Assembly (NCBI GenBank): GCA_009914755.4
Contig: CP086569.2
Location: forward strand, 13,408,001 to 13,472,000
Direction of reading: 5' to 3'
Source: the human T2T-CHM13v2.0 reference genome, Homo sapiens
Length of the DNA: 64,000 bases
The translations under genes were made by a program, and so were the position numbers. Within the stretch, counting starts at the first letter, position 1. Each line of letters starts with the position of its first letter. Positions 33,995 to 51,044 of this stretch are shown here, piece by piece. The notes beneath the pieces are model-generated. The model did no database searches, was not told where the DNA came from, and was given only the letters and a program-made list of their open reading frames with translations.

Positions 33995-34362
33995 GTGTCA
34001 GGCCTCTGAGCCCAAGCCTGCACGTATACATCCAGATGGCCTGAAGCAAGTGAAGAATCACAAAAGAAGTGAAAATGGCCAGTACCTGCCTTAACTGATG
34101 ACATTACCTTGTGAAATTCCTTCTCCTGGCTCAGAACCTCCCCCACTGAGCACCTTGTGACCCCCATCCCTGCCCACAAGAGAACAACCCCTTTTGACTG
34201 TAATTTTCCACTACCCACCCAAATCCTATAAAACAGCCCCACCCCTATCTCCCTTCACTGACTCTCTTTTCGGACTCAGCCCACGTGAACCCAGGTGATT
34301 AAAAAGCTTTATTGCTCACACAAAGCCTGTTTGGCGGTCTCTTCACAGAGACTCAAGTGACA
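33995..34362 (+). mobile_element. Solo LTR7-like LTR (HERV-H family)
   Basis: Starts tgtcaggcctctgagcccaagc and contains ...cctataaaacagccccacccctatctccc... It ends ...ctttattgctcacacaaagcctgtttggcggtctcttcacagagac. This matches my recollection of the LTR7 consensus termini. Confidence 0.8.
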
Positions 34363-36424
34363 TTCAGTCTCTCCCTTCCCCCATGGCAGAGGCCTCTACA
34401 GGGCTGACTTCAGCAGCTACAGAGGCTCAGAAGCTTTGGGCTTTGGTTCTGGCTGCCAGCTGAGTTCCTCAGTCTTCTTCCATGTTCCCTTTGCAGGTGC
34501 CAAATATGCAAATGACTTCTTTCCCTCCTGTGTCTGACGCGTGGGCCAGGAGGCTGGACAACAGCTGGACCTGCCTGGTATCACTGTCTGTGTAGCATTT
34601 CTGTGTAGCTCACTTTGGCTTCCTCACACCATGGCATCACAGGGTCAGTGGATTCCTCATAATCTATCACATGTATATATTTTTTAAGAGACAGGGTCTT
34701 GTTCCATCACCCAGGCTGGAGTGCAGTAGTATGAACATGGCTCACTACAGCCTCAACCTCCTGGGCTCAAATCATCCTCCCACCTCAGCTTCCTTAGTAG
34801 TTGTGACCACCGGTGCACACCACCACGCCTGGCTTTTTGAATTTTGTGTAGAGAGAGGGGTCTCACCGTGCTGCTCAGGTCAATCTCAAACTCCTGACCT
34901 AAAGCAATCCTCCCACAGCAGCGTGGCCATTTACACACATACTTTGTGAGACAAAAATCTGTTCCTAATATTTTTATACATGCTTGCTAATGATGGTTTA
35001 TCTGGGAGAACTTTTATTGTATCCATGGGGAACTGCTGTCCCACTAACCCAGCTGGTAGCCCAGTTTTTCCCACAGCAGGGTTGAACTAGCATCTTGAGT
35101 GTCAGATGTTTTCTCTTCCTAGCTTTTTCTTTTTCTCCCCTTTCCTCCAGTTTCAGTCAGTCTAGCTTATTTTCTTCATTAATTAACTGTAAAAGAAGAT
35201 GAAAGAAGTTGTGGATATCATAGCACAGAGAAACCCAGCTGAAAATGAAATTAACATGGCTAGACCCTGCCTTAAAGGATTTTGAGAAATTCCATGAGGT
35301 ATAGTCTGGGTTTTACAATTGCTTTCCTTCTGTGGTGTGATGAATTTGTCTTTTATACTTTCTCTTTGGCTCCTGTGAAAGTATCATAAAGTCAAAATGT
35401 TCCACATTTTGCCACCCATATACTTTTCCTCGTTAAAATGATCTGAGTCATCAAAAGTTTTGTGTTATAAATGCTTTTCAGTTTTCTTTTGTAAGATATT
35501 CTTTATTACATAATACTCTTCAATATTTTTGCCTGCTGGGAAAAATGTCTGATCTCCACAGAGTACTTAAAGAGGCCCCACATGAGCTCTTTCTCCATTC
35601 TTGATTGGGCTATCAGTGTCAGTACTGTCCCAAATTAGAGAAAAGTAAAGTTGGCTTCCCACCGTGAAGCTAGAGAAGTGAGCTCAGGAGGGTCTCCATG
35701 CAGCATTCCCCTGGAAGCCATATTTCATCACCAACATCCATTGGGATTTGCAAATGGACACACCTTATCACAGCTGGGCAGGTGTGGCCAAGATACTAAG
35801 AAGCCACACATAGGATGGTGCAGACTATGGCATGGAAGCCCAGGAAAGCTCCCCTGTCAGGAGTCCTGGCTAAAGGGACTCTAGCTTGTTAATGTAGGTC
35901 GTCATGACTCCCAGGGGGTATCCTTGGTTGATGAGACAGATACAGACTGAGTGGCTCAGGGGAAGTTGTGGCTACTAGTCTCAGTTAACCAGAAGGCAGC
36001 TGTCTTTATTTAGTTACCTAGGTAAACAGCCAGATACGCTGTGTGAACTCTGTGACCCAGCCTCCTGGGGTACCCATATGCATTTTCTCCAGCAAAAGAT
36101 AGGAGATTCTGTTTGTGTTCATATTGGGGCAGGGAGAGGGCATGATTTGCTTGCTTTTTTATCTATTTGGAATAAAAGTTCTTTACGTATTTTTACATAT
36201 GTAAGATTTTAAATGGACAACTAAGAGTGTCCATATTTTTGAAGAAATACGTTTTAAAGATAAGGATAGCTGAATATCTGGAGGCTGTCATTCGTGCTCT
36301 GCCTCAGGGCAAATGGGAGGCGAACAAAATTCTAAAAAGAAGGTATCTGGGCCCGGATTCAGTAGGCAGCTCTTGAATACAGTGCTGTAAACCCGCCTGA
36401 GTCCCTGTGACCCAGCGTCTGTCC

Positions 36425-37577
36425 CAGCGCCCGCACATTGTTCAGTCCCTGAGCACCCTGCACTGTTTGGCATAAGCAGGCATGCTGTATGCAGTCCGCG
36501 AGCCCACTGCACTGTTTGGTACAAGAGCACCCATCTTGTGCGGTCCCTGAGCCCCGGTGCACTGTTTGGCACGAGCTCTTGTGCGTGTGCAGTCCCTGAG
36601 CCTCCGTCCACTGTTTGACACGAGCGCGTGTGCCCTGTGCCATGCTTGAGCCGTCTGCACTATTTGGTATGGACATCCGCCCCGTGTGCAGCCTCTGAAC
36701 CCCCTGCACAGTTTGGCAAAGAGCACCCACTGGGTGAGGTCCCTGAGCCTCCCGAGCACTGTTTGGCAAGACCGTGCAAGCCATGTGCAGTCCCTGAGCC
36801 TCCTGAACTGTTTGGCACGAGCGCGGGCGCCCACTGTGGTCCCAGAGTCCCCTGAGCCACCATGCACAATTTGGCACAGGGGGCTAGCCATGTGCAGTTC
36901 CTGTGCCTCCTGCAGTTTTGCACAAGCGCGCGCATTGTGTGCGGCCCCTAAGCCCCCTGAGATGTTTAGCACGAGCGCCCGTGCCGTTTGCGGTCCCCTG
37001 AGCCCCCTGCACTGTTTGGCACGAGCGCCCGTGCCGTGTGCGGCTCCCGAACCACCTGCACTGTTTGGCACGAGAGCGCGCGCCCTATGCGGTCCCTGAG
37101 CCTCCAGAACCACCGATCACTGTTTGGCACAAGCGTGCGCGCCGTGTGCAGTCCCTGAGCCTCGTGGACTGTTTGGCACAAGAGCACCCACTGGGTGCGG
37201 TCCCCGAGCTTCCGTGCACTGTTAGGCACGAGCGCGCAACCATGTGACCTCCGTGAGCCTCCTGCACGGTTTGGCACGAGCGCCCGTGTTGTGTGCGGTC
37301 CCCGATCCCCCTGCACTGTTTGAAAAGAGCACGCAAGCCATGTACAGTCCCTGACCCTCCTGCACAATTTGTCACGAGCGCGTGCACCGCCTGCGGTGCC
37401 TGAGCCTCGTCAGCCACCGTACTCTACTGGACAAGGGCGCTTTTGCCGTGTGCGGTCTCTGAGCCACCTAAGCCACTGTGCCCTGTTTGGCACAAGAGCC
37501 GTGTGCCGTCCCAGAGCGCCCTGCGCTGTTTGGCAGCAGTGCGCGCTGTGTGAAGTCTTTGAGCCCCCTGCGTTCTT
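36425..37577. repeat. CpG-rich ~49-55-bp minisatellite, ~22 copies (~1.15 kb)
   Basis: The unit cactgtttggcacgagcgcccgtgccgtgtgcggtccctgagccccctg repeats with variants. It ends exactly at the polypyrimidine tract and AG acceptor of the exon at 37581. Confidence 0.9.
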
Positions 37578-37580
37578 TTC

Positions 37581-37705
37581 CAGGAGTGAGCTGGGCTGGA
37601 GTCCTCACTCCTGGCATGACACCAAGTTCACCAACAACCACCCTGAACTAACGGCCTCACGGTTCCCCTCCGCCAGCTGCTGCCCTTCCTGGCCTGGCTG
37701 TCACC
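37581..37705 (+). pseudogene. SHROOM2P1: SHROOM2-like exon (125 bp), homologous to the exon just after the PDZ region
   Basis: Follows the acceptor ttcttttccag. Translates to [42 protein letters not shown]. Donor at ag|gtagac. Confidence 0.75.
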
Positions 37706-38224
37706 ACTGGAGGTAGACAACTGTTCCTGTCCGACGCCAGGTTTGTTCAGGCTTCTGCAGTCTCCCAAGTTTTCAGGCTTGTCCGACACTTCTTGACTGA
37801 AGAATGATAATGTTTTTGGTAAGACTGTGCCACTGACAGATGATCACAATTTGAGCGCTGTGAGTTTTTCATTGAACAGGCAAGCGTGTGACGCTGAGAA
37901 ACAAAATGACATGGCAAGACAGGGCATGAGTGACAAGGAGATTGCAGGACGGGGCTGCCCAGCGAGATGCCAGGTATAGGGTTCTTAGCCAGTGGGGCAG
38001 GGTTCATTGCACCCCCGTGTCCGCAGCCACCATCCTCTTTTCCAGGATTTTACGGGTGGACTGGAATGCAGGAGATATTTGTGGGGCGGCGGGTGTATCC
38101 TGTAAAAGCTCCCAGGAGGTTCTGTTAAGTTTTGGCAGCCTCTCCTTGAACCTCAGGGCATTAGCGGCAGTATCCTCACTTGTCTCCTGTTAAAAGGGTG
38201 GCAGTAACAGCAGATAGTCTCGTT

Positions 38225-38490
38225 TTGGTGTGTGTATGTGGATATCCTCCTGCTTGTGTGAGTGTGCATATCTGTGTGTGTTTGTGGTTGTGTGTATGTA
38301 TGTGGGGGGTTGGACATGTATGTTTTTACATGTTTGTGTGTATGTATTCATGTGTCTATATGTATATTTGTGTCTATGTGTGTGTGCATGTGTATCTCTG
38401 CTTGTATGTATGTGTGCACATATGTATCTGTATGTGAGTATATGAGTTTGAGCATGTTTGTGTGTGTGCAGGTATGTGTGTGAATTTAGA
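38225..38490. repeat. GT-rich low-complexity region ((TG)n / TGTGTATG variants)
   Basis: gtgtgtgtatgtggatatcc...tgtgtgtgtttgtggttgtgtgtatgtatgtgggg...; the ORFs on both strands here are artefacts. Confidence 0.85.
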
Positions 38491-38531
38491 GCTAATGTAA
38501 CCACTCAGTTTTGGCTGTTAGTAACTGGTCT

Positions 38532-38690
38532 TGGCTGGTCACAGTGGCTCTCGCCTGTAATCCCAACATTTTGTGAGGCTGAAGTGGGAAGATTGCTTAA
38601 GGCCACAGAGTTTGAGACCAGCCCGGGCAATACAGCAAGACCACATGTCTACTAAAAATTAAAAACAAAAAACAAAACAAAAAAAAACTT
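38532..38690 (+). mobile_element. Alu fragment (left arm plus A-rich linker)
   Basis: ggctggtcacagtggctctcgcctgtaatcccaacattttgtgaggctgaagtgggaagattgcttaagg... Confidence 0.8.
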
Positions 38691-38691
38691 G

Positions 38692-39210
<519 letters not shown>

Positions 39211-40082
39211 TGGTGTGTGAAATTGCAAGGTAAAGATTTATGTGGCATGAAGGAAATATATTGAAATACAACATTACCTACCTAAAGTGACAAAAGATGA
39301 TGGTACTTCGAGCCAATTTTATTGTTGAAAACAACCAAAGATTCCCAACTGAGTTGTAAAACTTAAGTGAACAGTGGGCCTTTTATTTTATTCCTGAAGT
39401 GACTTTTAAGGTAAGGAGATCTCCATTAAGCCCATTTGGCAGTCTCTTGATGAAATAAACATGCACACTGCCCACATATCTGTGGAAACAGTGCTCAATG
39501 TTCTCTAGGTCTGCTTGGACTTGGTATTGCCTGGAAAAATCCCCTCTGGAATATTGGTGAGTAGTCAGGAGCATGCCCCATGTTTGAGGATATGTGGTCT
39601 GTTCTTATAGAAGATGGTGGGAAACCCAAACAGTCCTCTCCCTCCCGCGGATGACAGCCAGTCATTCTCTAGTGTTCTGTCCTGGTCACGCGGTTCTCTC
39701 ATCCTCACTGTCCCCCAACCTAGTGGAGCCACAGCTTCTTCCCCTTGAAGGGTCAAAGTCTCAGCTTTGTTGAGCTTTAAAGAAAGCATTTTACATCCTG
39801 GATAAATAGTTTCACCATTGAGAACTCTCACACAATTATCACCTTTCAGAGGAATGTCTCAATGTCTCAGTCACTTTATTTCATCTTCTTACATGCCATC
39901 CTATTAAGGAGCCTGTTTCTTGGTGTTCACATATAGCTTCAATAACTTCACAGCGTGCAACTACTCAGCTGAAAGCTAAACACAGCAGTTTATGGTATTT
40001 CTGTAGATTGGTGGAAAAGTAATTGCAGTTTTTGCTATTACACCAACTTCCTTCTCCCCCTCCTCCTCCTCTTTCTTCTCCT

Positions 40083-40350
40083 ATTGAGACAGAGTCTCAG
40101 TCTCCTGTCCAGGCTGGAGTGCAGTGGTGCAGTCTTGGCTCACTGTAGCATCATGTGATCCTCCCACCTCAGACTCCTGAGTAGCTGGGACTGTAAGAGT
40201 GTGCCACCACACCTTGCTAATTTTTGAAACATTTTTATAGAGACAGGGTCTTCCTACATTGCCCTAAATGCTTTGAAACTCCTGGCCTTGAGTGATCCTC
40301 CCACCTCAGCCTCTTAACGCACTGGAATTTTAACCCTGAGTGACCAAGCC
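40083..40350 (-). mobile_element. Alu SINE (older, AluJ-like)
   Basis: gagacagagtctcagtctcctgtccaggctggagtgcagtggtgcagtcttggctcactgtagc ... cctcccacctcagcctcttaacgcactgg. Confidence 0.85.
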
Positions 40351-40871
40351 TGGTCTATATAACAGGCTAGATAATACGTATTTTCACTTCACTTACGAAC
40401 TGAAATTTGAATTTCAGATCATTTTTATAGGTTAAATAGGAGAAATAGTATACCTTTATTTCTTCCCCCCACCATTAAACATATAAAAACCATTCTTAGC
40501 TTTTGGGTTGTCATGTGCCCACCTCTGCACTTAACTATTGATTGACCATAGATGTGTAAATTCAGACTTTACCTGCCAGTAATCTGGGCATCAGGCTGAT
40601 AATTTGCCCTACTATTGAAAGGCATCTGTTTGTAAAAAGACATGCTACCGGGAGGACACGTTCTTTTCAGCCTGCACTTTCTTTCTGCCTGTCTCTACTA
40701 AAATCTATGTGTGTTAAGCTGAAACCTCAGCCCCAGTGATTTGACCCTGAGAAGTTACTGTTTGGCATTTTGATATTTCCACAGAGGGCCAGCTGTGTAC
40801 GCCACGTTGCTCTTTGCCAATTACTGACACTAAAGAACAACATGCCTTGTACTTCTTCTTGTTCTTGTAGT

Positions 40872-43025
<2,154 letters not shown>

Positions 43026-43794
43026 GTAAGCCATGGAGCCAAGCGAGGGCATGACCCCCCTTTGACCATCATCTTAACACATGGACAGGACACACCCAGG
43101 ATGCAATGGCTGAGGCCAGCGCTACTTAGCTCCAGCTGTTCAGGAGTTTACCTTTCCCATACCTCCTAGTGTCCACTGTGTCAGAGTTACTTGGGGACAA
43201 AATCAACATATTCAAGGTAATTTAAAATGCCAGGTTCTCAAAAACCCACTTTTTTCATTCCCGTTCTTGCTGCCATAATCTCTGGCTTTAACTGTCTTTC
43301 ACCTTAAGTAGCCTGTTCCTACCTTCAGACTCAGCAAAGAACTTGGAGAGAAACTGTCGAAAATGATAACGAACCACCTTGACCTGGAAAAATGTGTGGT
43401 TTATTTAAAGGCTTAAAACAACATACAATAGTCACCAAACACTGATGATATTTAATGTCTATGGTATTTGGGTTTTTATACTATTCTGTTTTTTATCTGC
43501 AAATATTTTTAAGGATTGCTCTGGAACAAAATGTAGTCTTTTTTGAAAACACCTAAAACACATTAAGTTATTGCACATTTTTAAGGTGAGAGTTTTGATG
43601 GTCAGAGTTTACATCAAGCTTTCTAGAAAACTGTGTATTTCACAGCCCTGCTTCAAAGTTGACAGTCCCTTTCTCTCTTGCCCCTGCCCCTTTGAAAGCT
43701 TTTTCTCCCTATTACATCTGCACCTGTATATTTCAAAGAAAAAAAGTTCTGCAGTGATAGATACAGTTCCTTTTTAAAAGAATAAGAGGTGAGT

Positions 43795-44060
43795 GGGCTG
43801 GTGCATTTGCAGTCCTACCAGTTTGGATGGCCAGGAAAGGATGATCACTTGAGAACAGGAGTTCCAAACCAGTCTGGGCAACAAAGCAAGACCTTGTCTC
43901 TACAAAAAAGGAAAAAATACTTCGCCAGGTGTCACAGTGGTGCCCAGGAGGTATAGGTTTCAATGAACTGTGTTCTCAACACTATACTCCAGCCTGGGCA
44001 AAGGAGCAGTAAGTAGTACCCTCTCTCAACAAAAAAAAAAAAAAAAAAAAAAAAGAACCA
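43795..44060 (+). mobile_element. Alu SINE (divergent) with long poly-A
   Basis: ggatggccaggaaaggatgatcacttgagaacaggagttccaaaccagtctgggcaacaaagcaagaccttgtctc ... ctccagcctgggcaaaggagcag ... then (A)25. Confidence 0.8.
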
Positions 44061-44289
44061 CTAATAAATTTAATAGAAGATATTTAATATGTGCATGGAA
44101 AGAAAGCTGCTGGTTTGCTCTGTGGTGTCCCGGCTCTGAAAATCCATGCAGATGGTGTGAGTGTGTGTTTTCAGCATTGGAATACCCTGGCTTGTGGGCT
44201 ATTCAGCATTACCTCTGAGAATATCATGCTTGCTCTTTCAGGAGCAAAGAATCTGGGGCCCTGACATCCTAGAGCTTGAGGTTTCACCA

Positions 44290-44395
44290 CTATAATTTGT
44301 GACCAGCTATATTTTATTTTATTTTATATTTTATATTCTATTTTATTTTAAATTTTTTATTTTGTTTTATTTATTTTATTTTATTTTAATTTCTT
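44290..44395. repeat. (ATTTT)n/(TTTTA)n simple repeat
   Basis: atattttattttattttatattttatattctattttattttaaatttt... Confidence 0.85.
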
Positions 44396-44580
44396 TTGGC
44401 CAGTTGTGCCACACGGTTTTACAGGCTTCACGTAGGAGTTCTGTTTCCTGCCCAGAACAGAAGTGGTTATGGGATCTTAGTTGTTTCAATGAAATGCTTT
44501 GTAGAGCTGCACTGGCAAGGTGAACGCACAAATGACGGCTTTCATAATCACAGCCAGCTGTGGACTTAGTGTCTCATTGT

Positions 44581-44900
44581 GTTACCCTTTGCAGGATGCT
44601 TCCGTCAAACTGCGAAGGCAGGCAGAGGACCCCGGCAAGCACATAGAAGAGCTTCCCTCTGCAGTCTGGGCCAAAGAGGAATAGTCCATGCCGACGTGGA
44701 TGAAATTTGGATTCAGAGTTACTGAAGAAGTGTCTGGAGGTGGGCCTCAGTACGTATGGTGGGTGACATCTGGTTTTTGCCCAACATAAAGCAGCTGAAA
44801 CCCGGCATGATTTCCAGCATCCCTGATGCCCTGGAGGTCTGGACAGAACCTGTGCATCCTGCAGCCCTGCCCAGAGACACATCCCTAGGGCAGGAAGGCC
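44581..44900 (+). pseudogene. SHROOM2P1: SHROOM2-like downstream exon (5' part) with an in-frame TAG
   Basis: After ccctttgcag it translates to DASVKLRRQAEDPGKHIEELPSAVWAKEE*. Its SHROOM2 counterpart is [30 protein letters not shown]. The 3' extent is uncertain. Confidence 0.55.
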
Positions 44901-45345
44901 TTCTTATGCAGCAGTGACATTTTTGGTTCTTGAAATAGCTGCTGTGTTTTCTGCATAGTAAGACTGTTTTTGGAGACAGAATGAGAAATCCAGTTTACCA
45001 CACTGGAGCTGGACACTTTTCACAGAATGCCTGGTGGAAGGTCAGCTTTAGCTGTCTAGCACACAGCTGTGTGCCTAGCCATGGCGTGGAAATCAGAGTT
45101 TTCTCTAAGGATAATCAGTCAGAAAGGAATAGGGCAGTCCTTCCTAAATTGGATCTAGTTAATGAGTTAATTTTGAGCTTTAAAATAGAAATCTAGTCAG
45201 TTGACTCCCAGAGAGGCTGCAAGCATCTGCAGGAACCATGGCAGGAGCAGCAGATTAGAGCATTTTGTGCCATAATTCCAGAACATGCCTTGTAGCTGCT
45301 TAGCTGAGGCAAGGACAGAGTTAGATAAAATATATAGTATAATCT

Positions 45346-45731
<386 letters not shown>

Positions 45732-45901
45732 TTACGGGAATAATTGTGCATATGGATTTTTCTGTCGCTTTGAGAATCTTGTGTGATTGCCGTGACTTTC
45801 AGATTAAACACTGACCTCAAAACTCAAGGTTCTCTTGCAGAAATTGCAAATTAAAAAGTTTACTTTCAAGCACCTCATGTTACCGGGTTTTATTCATTTC
45901 G

Positions 45902-46200
<299 letters not shown>

Positions 46201-46202
46201 CT

Positions 46203-46497
46203 TTTATCTTTTTTGAGACAGAGTCTCACACTGTCACCCAGGTTGGAGTGCAGTGGCATGATCTTGGCTCACTGCAACTCCACCTGCCAGGTTCAAGTGA
46301 TTCTCTTGCCTCAGCCACCCAAGTAGCTAGGACTACAGGAACACACGACCACACCTACTAACTTTTGTATTTTTAGTAGAGATGGGGTTTCGCCATGTTG
46401 GCCAGGCTGGTCTTGAACTCCTGACCTCAAGTGATCCACCGGCCTCGGCCTCCCAAAGTGCTAGGATTACAGGCGTGAGCCACCGTGCCCAGCCTCA
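46203..46497 (-). mobile_element. Alu SINE (in tandem with the previous one)
   Basis: tttgagacagagtctcacactgtcacccaggttggagtgcagtggcatgatcttggctcactgcaactcc ... gcgtgagccaccgtgcccagcc. Confidence 0.92.
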
Positions 46498-48035
46498 TTT
46501 GGCTTTAAACTGAGAGCTGGTAGCCTTCTACATGGGGATCAAATATTAATGTGACTCTGCAGCAACGGGATTGATATTGTGTGTGTGCTTGTGTAGGAAG
46601 TCTCTGTAGTTACTTAATTGACTCTGAGGCTGAATCCAAGAATGTATGTGTCAGAAAAGCTGACGAATAATCCACCTACAGAATGTAGCTGTGTCTGAGA
46701 AGCACAGTTGGAGCTTTATGACTGTGGATTCCAAGTAGGTCGGGTGCTGAGGGCCAGATGCTGTCTGTTTTCCAAGCCAGCTCTCAGACGGTGGAAGACG
46801 GCTGTGTAGTGCATTGCGTGCAGTGCTCAGTGAGCTCTGCACTGCGGGCCCTTGCTCTGCTGCTGAGCTCTGCCTGATGCCCCAAGAATTTCAGCTGTGC
46901 AGAGGGCATCCATGCTGGTGGGGTTGTATATCTCTTCTGTGCATGGAGAGGGTCACCCTGAACAGCTGTCATGTGCAGACTGTGTGTGTGTGAGTGAATG
47001 GCAGTATTAATGCTGTAAAAGGTCGAGAGGAGGTGGGGGTTGCCCATGCTTCATTCATCAAGGCCATGTCTTTCAGCAGACTGCATAACCACTCTGAAGA
47101 AATTAGTTCCAGGAACTCTGCTTTTGAGCTACCAACTTAGCAATTTTCAGAATTGTGTGCGTGTTTTTGAATGGCAAGACATGATGATATTCCAGCATAT
47201 GTAGGTTGAAAAGGTATCTCCAGCTTATTTCAGAGACTCTAATTTCTGAAGGGTCAATAAGAAAGAATACACTTCAAAAATTAAAATGGAGAATAACAGA
47301 AGTCAGAATTCAGGCTCACCAAAAAAAAAAAAATCTAAAATACAAAGGTTTGAAGATACCCAATGTTTTGTATAAGTTTAAAGTAACGTAAACATGTCTG
47401 GGTAAGTCAGATAAAGTACTGCTGTGATAACCGATGCATAACAAGAAAAAGTGTTGGTTGTAGTGTTCTGTTTGGATAACAGAAGCACGTTAAGATTGGA
47501 ATTATTTTTTGTTGTTCTTGGTTGTTCATGGGAACCAAATAGAGGTAACATTTTTTGTAAGGTTCAAGATGCTATGTTAATATAAAGCAAAGTAGGGTAG
47601 ATTGAAGTGATGATACATACATATTTGTAATTTTTTTTGGAACAAAGAGGAATGTTTCATATAAGTACAATATCTCAAAACATGGAATGACCTTGAACCC
47701 TTTTTGCACCACACACCATAGCTACCAAATAGATAAAGCAAAAACTGTTGATACACTGGGTAAAAATGACAAATTCATAACCATTATGTGATTTTTCTGA
47801 GGAAATCTATTTATGACCTGAAAATGAGACCCAGACTTTGTCTTACATAGGGTTTTGGGAAGAATGGAGATGCTAAGGTATTGGTGGATTTTTCTCAAAA
47901 GTGGGAATGTTCAGGAAGTGCTTGCCCTTTATCTGTAAAAGTGTGGATATTCCAACAAGACTTGCTGATTGGTTGATATAAAATGAGCTCATTAGGGTGA
48001 AGCTGTTACTGATTGGCTTTTTTTTTAATCTGTTT

Positions 48036-48745
48036 TTAATACTTTAAGTTCTGGGATACACGTGCAGAACGTGCAGTTTTGTTACATAGGTATACACAGC
48101 CATGGTGGTTTGTTGCACCCATCACCCCATCACCTACATTAGGTATTTCTCCTAATGCTATCCCTACCCTAGCCCCCCACCCCACAACAGACCCTGGTAT
48201 GTGATGTTCCCCTCCCTGTGTCCATGTGTTCCCATTGTTCAACTCCCACTTATGAGTGAGAACATGCAGTGTTTGGTTTTCTGTTCTTGTGTTAGTTTCC
48301 TGAGAATGATGGTTTCCAGCTTCATCCATGTCCCTGCAAAGGACATGAACTCATCCTTTTTTATGGCTGCATAGTATTCCATGGTGTTTATGTGCCACAT
48401 TTTCTTTATCCAGTCTATCACTGATGGACATTTGGGTTGATTCCAAGTCTTTGCTATTGTGAATCATGCCACATTAAACATATGTGTGCATGTGTCTTTA
48501 TAGTTGAATGATTTATAATCCTTTGGGTATATACCTAGTAATGGAAGTGCTGGGTCAAATCGTATTGCTAGTTTTAGATCCTTATGAAATTGCCACACTG
48601 TCTTCCACAATGGTTGAACTATTTACTCTTCCACCAACAGTGTAAAAGCATTCCTATTTCTCCACATCCTTTCCAGCATCTGTTGTTTCCTGACTTTTTA
48701 GTGATTGCCATTCAAACTGGTGTGAGATGCTATCTCATTGTGGAA
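48036..48745 (-). mobile_element. L1 3' segment (ORF2 C-terminus plus 3'UTR plus poly-A), the direct arm of a twin-priming insertion
   Basis: Poly-T at 48020-48036, then antisense L1 3' end. The reverse complement of 48700-48745 encodes (M)[25 protein letters not shown] sequence. Confidence 0.9.
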
Positions 48746-49675
<930 letters not shown>

Positions 49676-49699
49676 TATTTGTAATTTTTTTTAAGTTAC

Positions 49700-50300
49700 A
49701 CGATGCTTCATAAGCTCAGAGAAGAGATGGTTGGATGGATGGATGAGTGGATGAGTGGATGGATGGGAAGGTAAGTGATGGATGGATAGATGGAAGGGTT
49801 GGTAGGTGGATGGATGGATGGATGAATGGAAAAGTAAGTGGATGGACGGATGAATGGAAAAGTAAGTGGATAGATGGATGAATAGGTAAGTAGATGGATG
49901 GATATATAAAAGGGAGGGTAAGTGAGTTGGTGGGTGGATGGATGGATGGATGGATGGATGGGAGGGTAAGTGGATGGATGGGAAGGTAAGTGGTGGATGG
50001 ATTGATGGAAGGGTAAGTGGGTAGATGGATGCATGAATGGAAAAGTAAGTGGATGGATGGATGGATGGATGGATGAATAGGTAAGTGGGTGGATAGATAA
50101 GAGGGAAGGTAAATGAGTGAGTGGATGGATGGATGGATGGATGCATGGATGATGGATGGATGGATAGTGGATGGATGGATGGATGGATGGATACATGCAT
50201 GTGTAGATGGATGGAGGCATGGGAAGGTGGATGGATGGGGGAGTGAGAAGAAGGATGTAAGGATAAATAGGTGGATATATAACCAGATGGACTGGTGGCT
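49700..50300. repeat. (GGAT)n-based complex minisatellite with interspersed gaaggtaagtg/gatgagtg units
   Basis: ggatggatggatgagtggatgagtggatggatgggaaggtaagtgatggatggatagatgg... The long ORFs 49691-50220 (PSIHPSIH...) are periodicity artefacts. Confidence 0.9.
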
Positions 50301-50734
50301 GAATGGTAGATACCAGCCAGACTTTCCTTGAGTCAGTCAGTCTTGATTTTGGTGAATAATCTTTCCATATTGGTACATTCTGTGTACTGAAATTTTATTT
50401 AGCATTTTAATTTACACACTAATAAGTGAAATGGGCTTCTCTTACTTGTCTGCACTAGCAAGGCATTTGGAATCAAGAAGACATAAATACCTCAAAATAA
50501 ATTTGGTAGCACAGATTTGTTTTTTGGTATGAGATTTTAGACCTTGTAGGAAAGTTTAGATGTAGCATATTTGTTCGTTGTTCCTCAAGTTCAAGAGGCC
50601 TTGGGTGAGGACTGGGTTCTGGGTGTCTCTGAAGACTGGTGCTGAAATGGGATCTGGAGGTGGTCCTTGGAGCTGTGGGTGCTGGCATTGTCTTCCTTCT
50701 CTCCCATCTTGCAGAGTGCAAACCACTATGCTGG

Positions 50735-50880
50735 GCCAATTTTTGTATTTTTTGTTCAGACGAGGTCTTGCCATGTTACTCAAGCTGGTCTTGAACTCCT
50801 GGAAATATATTTCCAGCAATCCACCCACCTTAGCCTCCCAAAGTGCTGGGATTACAGGCGTGAGTCACCATGCCTAGCCC
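50735..50880 (-). mobile_element. Alu fragment
   Basis: gacgaggtcttgccatgttactcaagctggtcttgaactcctgg ... cctcccaaagtgctgggattacaggcgtgagtcaccatgcctagccc. Confidence 0.8.
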
Positions 50881-51044
50881 TGTTTTTATGTCTTACTTGC
50901 AAATATGTTTTCCCCTTGCATTTATACCCATGGGGACTTTGGAAACCCAGAGCCAATATAGGCAGCTGCCTATTTGTTTACTTGTTAGTTTCATATCATG
51001 ACTCCACATTATTTAGAAGGAATAGTTTTCAGATAATACTTTAG

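Noticed and set aside
36288-37417. Multiple overlapping 100-220-aa ORFs on both strands
   Set aside because: All lie within the ~50-bp CpG-rich minisatellite. Their repetitive, alanine/proline/cysteine-rich translations and their presence in several frames on both strands indicate repeat-driven open frames, not genes.
38190-38504. Histidine/threonine-rich 104-aa ORF and cysteine-rich plus-strand ORFs
   Set aside because: Products of the (TG)n/TGTGTATG low-complexity tract.
44574-44882. 102-aa minus-strand ORF
   Set aside because: It is antisense to the SHROOM2-like exon at 44581 onwards. The plus-strand homology explains the region.
49691-50220. Two overlapping ~170-aa ORFs ([11 protein letters not shown]...)
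   Set aside because: Translations of the (GGAT)n minisatellite on the minus strand.
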